Assembly: GCA_010093745.1 (NCBI GenBank)
Contig: MU005992.1
Coordinates: forward strand, 1-64,000
Source: Piedraia hortae CBS 480.64
Taxonomy: Eukaryota
Direction of reading: 5' to 3'
Length of the DNA: 64,000 bases
Positions 46,776 to 56,969 of the stretch are shown here, piece by piece (within the stretch, counting starts at the first letter, position 1; the number at the start of each line of letters is the position of its first letter). Made by a program: the position numbers and the translations under genes. Below the pieces are notes generated by a model that saw nothing but the letters and a program-made list of their open reading frames with translations, did no database searches and had not been told where the DNA came from.

Positions 46776-47060
46776 TGTCAAACGCCTGCTTTAGCTAGAT
46801 GGGGCACCGGACTCTCCAGGGTTTTTACCTTATGGAGGATGTTTCCCCCGGAGCGTGGTTACGTCAAAGGACGTTGTCACGGCGAATGCCGTTCGGGCTG
46901 GGAAGAGAGTCTAGACCAGTCTTGTGGTGCAAGCCTTCTCTAGACATCAGACGGATTCCATAGTGAGGTATCACACACACTGTTGACTGCGTCACCATTC
47001 ACCAATCTCGAAGTGATGTGACTAGATCCCTCCCTCCTTCTGATATGAAGCCAGATAACA
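46776..47060 (+). mobile_element. LTR, family D (285 bp)
   Basis: TGTCA...TAACA; inverted copy of 13282-13566; no TSD. Confidence 0.8.
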
Positions 47061-48423
47061 AGGGCGCCCAATGCTTTGCGATGAACTCACCACTATTCGC
47101 ACACGCCTCAGCAGGGTTTGGTTTTACAACAACACATAACTGTTTCACCTGATTGCTCGAAAATCTTGCGGTCTGACTACCATTGGCACCAGGCAAAGAG
47201 AAAGGCGGCGATCCATGGGTTAGATACAAAACTACTATTTGCTCTCCGGAGACCCCTGAGTGGTTGTAATTACGGCGTTGTGACGTCTCCGGCACAATCA
47301 ACTATGCAGCTAGCAAGATGAGATGGCCGCGGCTCAGAACAACGCAACTATCGTTAACTACGCTAACACCTGCAGAGACACTGAGAAACACACTGCGGAT
47401 GTTGTTGCGCCTGAGATTGCCGCCGGCAAAGTTGCTGATGACGAACTAAAGCGGTGCTAGAAAGACTCGTGTTTGGACATCCACTTGTTCTGCCTGAAGA
47501 CAAGCTGGAGGTATGTTCAAGGCCGCTCTGCAAGTGGGAACGTCTACGGCGGAGATTCAAACCATGGCATTGCAAGACTCAACATCCTCCTCGGAAGATT
47601 TTGCCACAGGCGGTAAGCGTGGGCGGGCTGCTGCTCGGCCGAACGATTCACTAAAGCGCTTCAAGAGTTACAAGACCGGGCCCGGCCATGCCGGGCAGAT
47701 GAACCCTCCGGCCTCCTCGCAGGGGAGTTCGCCAAATGATTGCTCTCAGGACGTCTTCCTAGGATGGCTTACAGGCACCTCGCAAGGCACTGCCATGATG
47801 AAAACCACCTCGCCGGCAGCTGTCGGTCGGGCCGTGGCATGCGTCTCGCAATCAACAGAAACTAATATCAGTCGTATGAAGAAGTATGCCCGCTTCCAAC
47901 TAGGTACTGTATGTACAAATCCAAACGTCATCTTGACGAAAAGCTCCAGTGTTCGTCTTTGTCCTCGATAACTGCGAGAAAATGTTACACTCGCAGTGTA
48001 CTTTACCGACAAGAGGAAGTATGAAGTGCTATAGGACTCACCAGGTCGTTAGTTTCACGCATTTCAGGTTCCGCATCTGAAAGACGAGATATGCTCGTTA
48101 CTGTAGGCAGCAGAATGGTGTAGATGCAATCAGCACAGATGTAGTAACACCCCTACACAACGCACATCTCGTTCTCTTCTGGTGATCTCCAGAGCTCAGA
48201 GTGGCTAATACAACACCTGGTCACAAACCATCTCACCAGCAGGCAAGTATCACATGGTCCTTTGTGAAGATCTCCATCGTCACCAAAGTGTCTCCGAAAC
48301 GTACAAATACCCTACAGACAACCCAGCTCCCACCTCCTACTAAAATAGTCTTCTGACGCATCTCATCCCATTCCTCATACCCTACAACTATACTTACCCC
48401 ATCAACCCTATCAAACCACCAGA

Positions 48424-49592
48424 TCAACCAACCCTCCTCCCCACCGAACTCCCCCTCCCAGCCGCCTGAATAAAAACCTCACAACGTTCCCACACCCCAA
48501 CAAATCTCAACCACTGCACCAACCCTTCAAGGTCCTCCCGCTTATACATCTCATAATATACACCCACCAAATTCCTCACAATCATCCTCTCTAGCGTCCC
48601 GGGCCCACAATACCCCAACGCATACTTAAACACTCGACCGCAGACAGCACCTCCCCCAAGTGAAAATAAACCTCCCCAAGCTCATTGATTGCACACAGGG
48701 TATTATAACCCCTCCACCCGAACACCGCCCCATAACCCATCCACGACGAAAAAAACAAATCCCTCGCGTGAGTAAGACTCCCACACGCACACAACAGCCG
48801 CGCAAGACCGTGTTCCGCTTCCGTACGGACCGGAGTCTTCCAATTCCCCACCACTGAGGGCGAGCAGCAGATCTCGATCCCTGTACAAAACATCTCCTCC
48901 GCGAGGGGGAGGTTTTGGATGGACAAGTAGACCCTACCGAGCTTGATATAGGAGATTGCGATGCCATGGGCGTGGGAGAGGGTCGTGTAGCCTTAGAAGG
49001 CGCGGGTGAAGGACTGGTGCGCGGGGGACAGGTTCGTGGATGAGAGTTCGTACGCACGGCCGAGGAGGGTGATGATTTTGAGAGTCGAGGGGTTGACAGG
49101 ACCTAGTTGTCTTTCGGCGATGGGGAGGATGAATTTGTAGGCTCGCACGACGGCGGGGACGTTGCGATATATGGTGCAGAGTTGGTCGAGGGTTGACAAG
49201 ATGGTGAGGTTCGTCTGGTTGAGGGATTGGGATTGGGTTAATAAAGCGTTTTCGAGGTTGGCGATTGCGGTGGCCTTGTTTTGTGGTTTGTGGGTTAAGT
49301 GGATGGAGGATGGAGCTGAATTTTTGTTGTTGGTGTTTCGGTTTCGGGGTTGCTTTGGGGCGTTGGGTTGCTCGCCTGATCGCGATGGTTGCGTAGACGC
49401 AAAAACCTGCAAGGATCTTTTGCAGGGTCTCCATTTCTGGATCGAACGCTGCAATTTTTCCTTCGGTACCGTTCCGCTCGTTAGAGGGTTTTGCACCGAT
49501 GCTGCACGTAACTGTGTAAGTCGCGCTTCCATTAGCCATGCGCGATTGTGTGCCATTCCCATTAGACATGCACACTTGGGTGCCACTCCCAT
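48424..49592 (-). pseudogene. TPR paralog 5, frameshifted
   Basis: LNQTNLTILSTLDQL, AERQLGPVNPSTL, SWMGYGAVFGWRGYNTL, FKYALGY in three frames. Confidence 0.75.
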
Positions 49593-49996
49593 CTGCTATC
49601 TGTAATCGTGCGTCCCTGATTTGTACAGTGCAGATTGCAAAATGGCCATGTGCCGATGCACCGTTTGTGGCTTCAATTGCGGCAATGGAAGCAGTGAATA
49701 CTGTCCACGTCGCTTGTTTTCAAAATTGATTGTGGGCAAGGAAATGGATCGCGCGGCTGATCCCGCAAAAGCAATGTTTTGAGACATGGGTTTCCAATGC
49801 TTGCTCGAGAAGAGAATTCGGGGCGTGTGTTTCTTTCGAACCTGGCTCAAGCGGTGGTGGCTTGTATTGAGCGCGAACAGAGTTGTTCAATTGGAAGTGG
49901 GTACCGCTCGGATCATCGAAGCTCGCTTGTAAATGTTCAGTCATCACTGTGGTTAGTAACTCTGCGGGACATTGACCAGTGCAGTTTCGCGCGATG

Positions 49997-50115
49997 TGTT
50001 GGATTCAAGCATCGCTGCTAGCGCGTATGCGGGGCATGCATAGCAAGTCAGCGATACCTCCTACATTACCAGCTGCACCCTGCGCACCCCCATCAACGAG
50101 AGCCTTATCGCTACA
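49997..50115 (+). mobile_element. Internally deleted family E solo LTR (119 bp)
   Basis: TGTTGG...GCTACA, perfect TSD CGATG; retains both termini of family E. Confidence 0.88.
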
Positions 50116-50353
50116 CGATGCACACGGGGATTATCAAACATCATGAACCGTGATAGCTGTAAGCTGCAATGACAACAGATAATCAACCCACCTCCCGGCG
50201 TCGCGTCTTCTTAAGGCTGAATAACACGGGAAGTCAGCCACCATTCTGAAGCTACGCAGAGCGGAGAATGCTTTATACCAACTAGCTAGTTCCTTGAGAC
50301 TAAGATGGAACATGCACATTGAGATAAATCTAGAATACATTCAACCTAAACCC

Positions 50354-50800
50354 CTATCTAGGTTGAAGAGATCGTCTCAAAAGCAGGGCGAGATGAGCGC
50401 GGGAGTAGTTGAGATGGTCAAGCATGGGTTCCTCCTGCGTTTCTTCCGGGGCGGGTATGTAAACGTCGTCGATAAGGAGTGGATTGGTATACTTCGCGAG
50501 AGGACCCCTTTGCTCATCCACGCCCCAGACATTTGCATCATCGGCCTCATTAAGAACGCTAGCAAGCTTTGTGAACTCTGCTTTGTTGACGCAGATTTCG
50601 CCTATGTGCCCCGTGAAATAGGGCATTGCAACAAGTTCGAGTATGGCCAGTTGTAACTTATCCAGGCACACGTATCCGCCCTTGTAATCCTCCGCGAAAA
50701 TTTTCACCAACCCTTTCTTCCCAATAACGCCCTTGCAAAGCCCTGGCGCGGCTGTGGCAAGCAAAGCCAGGGGGGTAATAAAGGTATTAAAGAAGTTCAT
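50354..50800 (-). CDS. Small secreted protein of unknown family, paralog 2
   Basis: 148 aa, hydrophobic N-terminus; shares GL..F.E.Y.GG.VCL, PY.T.H.G..C, F.KLA, D.VY.P, PML..LN.SRA.LA with 22915-23346. Confidence 0.8.
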   Translation of the reverse strand: MNFFNTFITPLALLATAAPGLCKGVIGKKGLVKIFAEDYKGGYVCLDKLQLAILELVAMPYFTGHIGEICVNKAEFTKLASVLNEADDANVWGVDEQRGPLAKYTNPLLIDDVYIPAPEETQEEPMLDHLNYSRAHLALLLRRSLQPR

Positions 50801-51379
50801 GGTGCCTCAGTTAAATGCTTGAAGTGTTGTGTGTGTGGTGCTGTGCGTTGTATTGTGCATGTTAATGGTAATGGAGGGTGAGAGTGAGGAATATGACTGC
50901 CAAGAAATAAATATGAATTCCTTGACAGCTTTTGAGCCTAAGGCGTCTTGTGGGTCGTTAATACACATGATTGGTTCCATTGTGATCGATGACTCATCAA
51001 CATGGGCCTAGCCTCTGCTTTGGAGCTCAGCGATTCATGTCCTCGTGCTGACTAACCTATCCTTGGCTGACAGCTGAATTGACGGCCCCATGGTACCTGT
51101 CATCGAGAGCACATTCTCCTTGTAACGAGCGTGATCGGATGCGATGGGGAAAATCCCTTATAGGGGTACACCCAGCGCAACAAGGTTTCATGACAATATA
51201 TAGCTTTGTGTTCGATTCCCGCGTGTGCGACGGACGAAGGACGTTCACAGAAAGTGAGCATACAAATTTGTGTTAGCGTATACACGGTGATTGGTGCGTA
51301 GCATCATGTGCACGGTTGGACACAGGATTGGGATAAAGATTAATCTGTAGTGTTCCTAAATAATAGTACAAAAATCGAA

Positions 51380-51650
51380 CATAGAAAACCCTATTGCGCC
51401 ATGAGAATGGATGTTAAGGACCTCCGTATTTACCCACGCCCATGACATTCATAATTAACTGTATTGGCGTCGTCAAGAACGCTAGCGAGCTTTTTGAATT
51501 CCGTCTGGTTGATAGAAACTTAGTCCAAGTGCTCAGGGAAATATGTCATTTCCACAACTTCGAGTTGAGCGAGTTGTAGCTTGCACAGACACACGTCCCC
51601 GTTTTATAAACCTTTGCAAAAATCCTTGCCAGTCCGTCTTCTTCCCCTCG
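51380..51650 (-). pseudogene. Small secreted protein family, paralog 3, 5'-truncated pseudogene
   Basis: GLARIFAKVYK / GDVCLCKLQLAQLEVVEMTYFPEHLD*VSINQTEFKKLASVLDDA with a frameshift and a stop. Confidence 0.75.
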
Positions 51651-52129
51651 AGAGGCATGTGTTGTTTTAGTCTATGTTCTATCTACGGGCACTACCCAGT
51701 CTGTCCAAGGTAATCCCACCCTGCTGGGCATAAAAAAGACAGTAAATGGTCGACCTGCCTCCTCAGGCATGCAAGAAAGATCTATCAGCCAGAACAAGTG
51801 TCCGAATGGTAATTAGTGTTCCGCAAAGATGCAGAAGAGTCCTCCAACTGCAGCAGCTGCTGCGACAAGTACAAACAACACCTTATAATGACAGTTGACA
51901 TCATGGCCCATAGGGAAGATACACGGGAAAGTAGTACCTTCTTAAAACCCAATCCCAAGCCTCAAACCTTTTACCCAGATTTCTCTTTTGAAACTCACGC
52001 AGCAACCTGCACTAGGGAGAATCCCCGTCACATTTGCTATCACATTTCTGGATATACGTGTACACAACCTCTCATGACACGCCTCCCACCTTCATTAGCT
52101 TCGAGCAACACAGACTGTTTCTTCGACAG

Positions 52130-52620
52130 ACCTAACCATTTATGGCAGAAGAACTTATTCTCGATGAACTTCTCCGTAATAGATCTGACGGGAATGTCAA
52201 TTCTCATTCTTGGGGTTGTCCTCTTGGAGATGAATTCTTTTCATGATTGAATCTCTTAAAATAGTCATTTTATTCATGTTGACAACTCTCTTACATGTAG
52301 CCCCTAAGAAGTTTAAGGGCTTTTTCGTTGAGGTGATTTACGTATTTCCGTCATTGAGCACCAATCCCGCATGCCTTATCAGAAATTCTTCAACATGCCT
52401 TTTCATTCTTTTGGCTTCTTCCAGACTACCCGTCAATAAGATCACGAAGTCGTCAGGTACCTGCTCCGAGCCCGCCCTGCAAATTAAAATCTCGTGAGTT
52501 CATTTCACTGAGTTGGAAAGGAACTCACAGTCCCCAAAGGCCATGAGGAGACTCACAATCTGTAGTACCTTTCGATTTCAGTTTCATTATCCTCTAGCTT
52601 TCTCAAAGAGGTAGCATTCC
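52130..52620 (-). pseudogene. Group II intron reverse transcriptase/maturase fragment (probable NUMT)
   Basis: AGG TAC -CT GAC GAC = RY(A)DD with 1-nt deletion, then FVILLTGSLEEAKRMKRHVEEFLIRHAGLVLNDGNT*ITSTKKPLNFLG and KRTTPRMRIDIPVRSITEKFIENKF. Confidence 0.75.
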
Positions 52621-52815
52621 GTACTACTCAACGGCAAAGGGTACAGACTCAACCGACACCCTTTCCACCCGAGCAATCAACCACGGTCCTACTACCTGTA
52701 CGATTGAGGTCAACACACTTTCCACATACACCCCCGTCGCGGCAAGCACAAAGAAACCACAAATCACACATACCCCCTCTACCATCTCCCTCCACCACCT
52801 TGCAAACCTTCGGCA

Positions 52816-53556
52816 CTACGCAGCAACAGGCATCCTCTCCTCCTCCTCCTCCTCCTCCTCCTGCGCCCTTCCCACCCTCCTCCCAGCTGTTCCCTCTCCC
52901 ACCCCAACCTCCTTATCAGGCACACTTGGCATCACCCCAACCCCACTCACCTCCCTCTCTAGGGCATCCAACTCATCCTCGACCTCATCCTCATCCTGTC
53001 TCGAAATCCGTCCCGCAAGCATCTCACTAACCTCCTTCTCCCCCCCAAAAAAGTCAGCCTGCCCCCAAACCCCAATAGCCCAAACAAGTCCTACCCACCT
53101 GCTGATACCCTTTCGCCTCCTCCGACTCACCCATTATCAACCCAATTTTCTCCAACCCGCCCATTTCCCTCTGAATCGCCTTCAACACCGCGGTCCCCTG
53201 CTGCAGCCCGAAAACCACATCCTTTTGCACGAGCGCAAACTCCACATCCGACGCCAGGATCTCAAGCTGTGCGAGCTGGGAATCCGTTTTCTCAAGTAGA
53301 GATTCCTGGTATTTTTTTCTTCGAAGGGCTAAGAGCGCGCGCCGTTTGTCGCCCTGACGGAGACATGTGCGCGCGATTTCGGTCTCGCGGGCCGTGAGGA
53401 CGGATATGCGCGTTTGGTAGCGGCGGAGTTTGTCGCGTTGGGTTTTGAGGTCGAGGATTGCGCTGCGGGGGATTAGGGCTTTCGGGGGATTTTTTTTAAG
53501 GAGAAAACGTACCGGTCCTGGGCGGAAATTTGATGTGTGCTGGAGGTGTTGCCCAT
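52816..53556 (-). CDS. VPS20: ESCRT-III subunit Vps20 (Snf7 family), two introns
   Basis: MGNTSS (myristoylation-like), AILDLKTQRDKL, ALLALRRKKYQESLL, VEFALVQKDV..GLQQG, DEDEVEDEL. Confidence 0.92.
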
Positions 53557-53685
53557 TGTTGGTCATTGTGGTTGGTTGGTGGTGAGATGGGTTGGGTTGG
53601 GGAGGCTGATGTCATGTGGGGATAAGGTGCGGGCCGGACCTTGATGGGACCTGGGGGTGTGTCAAAGACTTGATTGATAACTAGG

Positions 53686-54696
53686 ATGGCGAGTAAGTGG
53701 ATACGGCAGAGTCGCGTTTTGTTTAGGCTGGGATTTCGAGGGGCGACGTTTCGCGATCTTTCGGGGGGTAGTAATGGGGGTCGGCGCAGTTATTATCGCC
53801 AGCCGTTCAATTACCAGCGCTTCACTGCTTCGCGGAGTCTGTTGACGCGATGGTCCCAGAGGAAGACGTTCTACCGTGAGGTTACGATTCTTGCGGTGAT
53901 TGCCGGTGGGGGGTATACGCTCTGTCTGGAAGAGGTCCCCGTCTCATATCGACATCGGTTCAATATAATCTCGCCGTCGACGGAGAGCAGTATCGGGAAG
54001 CAGATGTCGGCGCAGATTAGGGCAGAATATGCCGGAGCTATTCTGCCAGAGTCAAGCAAGGAGTATCAACTTGTCTCGCGCGTTCTCAAACGGCTGCTTC
54101 CATACAGCGGTCTAGGGGATACGTCAAACTGGACTGTCACTGTAATTAACGATCCAAACGTGATGAATGCAATGGTCGTTGCGGGAGGACAGGTGTTTGT
54201 CTTCCGTGGGATACTTAACGTTGCTAACGATGAAGACACGCTGGCTGCTGTACTGGGACATGAGATTGCGCACAACGTTGCACGACATACCGCCGAACGG
54301 TTATCCAAGAGCGCCATTCTCTTACCCATGGCAATAGTAGGCTCTCTTCTCTTTGGACTCGATCCGGGAATAGGGCAGTGGGCGACAAATCTGGTCTTCA
54401 CCCTGCCGGGATCGAGACAGCAGGAGTCGGAGGCGGATTATATTGGTTTGATGATCATGGCTAAAGCGTGTTATGACCCGCATGCGGCGCTGAGGCTTTG
54501 GCAGAGGTTTGAAAAGGCTGAACAGAGAGCAGCACCGCCACAGTTCATGTCTACCCATCCGAGTAATCATAATCGGTTGGAGAAGCTGAAGACGTGGATG
54601 CCAAAGGCTGAGGAGAGTCTGGAGGAGAGTGGGTGTGGGAATGTTGCACCTCTGATGGATCCTTTCAGGAAACAGGTTGGTGTATTTGCTAGGTAG
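53686..54696 (+). CDS. OMA1: Mitochondrial M48 metalloprotease
   Basis: NAMVVAGGQVFVF, LAAVLGHEIAH, SRQQESEADYIGL, FMSTHP. Confidence 0.9.
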   Translation: MASKWIRQSRVLFRLGFRGATFRDLSGGSNGGRRSYYRQPFNYQRFTASRSLLTRWSQRKTFYREVTILAVIAGGGYTLCLEEVPVSYRHRFNIISPSTESSIGKQMSAQIRAEYAGAILPESSKEYQLVSRVLKRLLPYSGLGDTSNWTVTVINDPNVMNAMVVAGGQVFVFRGILNVANDEDTLAAVLGHEIAHNVARHTAERLSKSAILLPMAIVGSLLFGLDPGIGQWATNLVFTLPGSRQQESEADYIGLMIMAKACYDPHAALRLWQRFEKAEQRAAPPQFMSTHPSNHNRLEKLKTWMPKAEESLEESGCGNVAPLMDPFRKQVGVFAR

Positions 54697-55273
54697 CGTG
54701 GGGTTTTCAGTGTGATATGTACCATAATTTTTCAGGGCTCTCCTCAGGGTATCACTCCTCAGTATCGAGCAGTATAAGGAAGTCCTCCTTATCGGTGAAC
54801 TCCGCCAATTCCTGCATCATAAATACACATGCCTTGCCCTATTTCCAACCCCCCCTACTTTGACATAAGCAAAAAACCGAACACAAAATTGTGAAATTCA
54901 CCCTCGACTTCGACACACATCTTTTCTCGAGGCATGACAAGAATAATGGCTTGGCATGGGTGACGCCCAGCGAATCTTCTTGTTTGAATGATGCGAGGGA
55001 GAAAACTTAAGATACAGATCCAATGGTATTTGTAAATAATGCGGTTCAAGAGGGCTGACCGCCCACACCTGGATATACCTCGCACTTGCTTAAATCACGT
55101 GCGTGCAAATCCTTTGCACACCCCATGGCGGTGAAAAACTTTCCACGGGACGGCATCAAGCCAAAAGCTTCACCTATCAAAGGAGCAAAAAGCTGATGCA
55201 CAACACCAGAGGCAAAACTCAGCATCATCAACAAAAGCAGCTAGAGAAATACAAACAGCGCTTCCCACAAAAA

Positions 55274-56678
55274 CTACCTATCCGGAATCGGTGTCGGATC
55301 GACTTCATTAAGCGGCGCCTCATCAACCTGCGCCGAACCTTTCCTCGCATCATCATCATCGTCATCATAATCATCATCACGGTCATCATCATATCCACCC
55401 GCACCGCCGTTTGCATGGGGATCACCCTGTCCAACAGCTTCATAGCCTTTTCCGCCCGAGGCGGAACGTTGCTTATCCATGATAAAACTGTCAATGATCC
55501 AGTACTGCACCGCATTCATTATCAATGGGAAGATGAAGAGTGCAAAGGTGATTTCCAGCGCCTCGTTGCCGTTGGTCCACCGTAGAGCCCAGTCGCCTAT
55601 CCAGGGTAACCATGGGAGGATGGTGAAGAGGAAGAGGACGAAAAGTTTCATGCCGACAAGGCCGATGCTGTAGATTAGCAGCTGCTTCAGGTACCATGTG
55701 ACCCGAGGCGGGCGGGAGTAGTTGCCTGATTTGATGGATTCGGGCGGTTGGGCTAGTGGGGTCTTCAGGAACAGAGCGTGTAGGATCTTGAGGAGGATGT
55801 ACAGGACTGGAACACCGACGGTGGTCTGTTCCTGATTAGCAAGCGGAACAGCATAACGGGGGGAGGGGGGGTGGGAGAGATCTGACGTCGATTCCAAGAT
55901 TCAGGAGATAGAAAGAACAGGGGTTCGGGGTCCGGCCCTCAGCATCGGGTTTCGCAGAGGCTGCCATCAGGTCGGTCGTGGAGAGCATGCTCATGGCCAG
56001 ATTGAGCACATGTAGGATTGCAGAGCCAATGACCTGTTTGCTGACATCAAAGATCCAAATCTTCCACGGCCGCTTCGGCGTCTCGCGGTATCGTTTCCAC
56101 ACGAGCGTCAGAAGCGCCACGGCACCCAGAGCCGCCTGAACCAATAATGCAAAGGGGCCCAGCAGCCTACACTCGGCCTGTTTCCGATCTCCGTCGTCTT
56201 CATCGTCTGACGCAATGCCAGCCGCCACAGCCGTAGCTGTCGTGGACGGGCCAAAGACCAGCTCCTCCTGTTTCACGCCGACAACGTCCACCAGCTCCAT
56301 CTCGAATACCAGCGTGCTGTTTGGCGGAATAGCGCCCGTGGCAGCATCTCCATATGCCAGCTCGGGGGGGATTGTCAAGATCCGTCTCTCGCCCGGACAC
56401 ATGGCCCGCAGCCCCTGTTCCCAGCCTTGTATCACGCGATTCTCCCCCAAGGTAAATGTGAATGCCCTTTCATGGCTCGTGTTTTGGTCGAAGATTGTCC
56501 CATCGGATTGCAGTCTCCCCGTGTAGGTTATGGCCAGCGTGTCGCCGTTTCGAGACGGCCGACTGCATGTGACGTTCTGGATGGTCTTGATATCAACTGC
56601 GACGGGTTCGACGGCGGCGACGGCCGTTGACGCAAGGAGCGCCAGCAGCGGCGGAGGCAGAATAGCGATACGACGCAT
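55274..56678 (-). CDS. Signal peptide + FKBP-type PPIase fused to a STIMATE/YPL162C-like multi-pass membrane domain; intron 55826-55886
   Basis: YTGRL..G..FD, FTFTLG..RVIQGWEQGL, MCPGERRILTIPPELAYG; then CRLLGPFAL.VQ, KRYRETPKRPWKIWIFDVSKQ, NPCSFYLLNLGID|TTVG, SGNY, NAVQYWIIDSFI. Confidence 0.85.
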
Positions 56679-56856
56679 GGTGGTTCCCTGGGTGGCTGTG
56701 GGGACGCGCGGGAGTTCATCCGAACCCTGAACCTAAAAATATTAGGGTTGACACCCTGACGCACCTTCCCAATTCGGACATTAAACTTTTCATCTGGGCC
56801 CCGCCCATAGTGAAATTCTGGACGAGGATGGGTGTGTCACGGTTATAAAATTTTAA

Positions 56857-56873
56857 TTTTTTTTTTTTTTTTT
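56857..56873 (-). promoter_or_regulatory. A17 tract about 97 nt downstream of the NAB2 stop (candidate autoregulatory element)
   Basis: T17 on the plus strand; longest homopolymer I found in the window. Confidence 0.45.
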
Positions 56874-56969
56874 GGAAAGAATGGACATGCGTCACTCATT
56901 TACTAATACAAGCCTGCCTCTCTATTGATACACAGCGCCCGTAGTCTGAACAGGTAGTCATAATCGGCC

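Noticed and set aside
46800..46900. HDV-like ribozyme suggested by GGCGAATG after a hairpin in the LTR families
   Set aside because: I could not build P1, P2, P3 and P1.1 in the required order in any copy, and the would-be catalytic C is not invariant
47061..47075. tRNA-Lys-type primer binding site (GGGCGCCCAA) after the family D LTR
   Set aside because: Lacks the initial TGG, and no gag-pol is recognisable downstream
47513..47971. 152-aa ORF
   Set aside because: No recognisable domain, non-ATG start in the track, and located in repeat debris
51650..52130. Group II intron domain V RNA downstream of the RT fragment
   Set aside because: No GAGCCG...GTACGGTTC-type hairpin found
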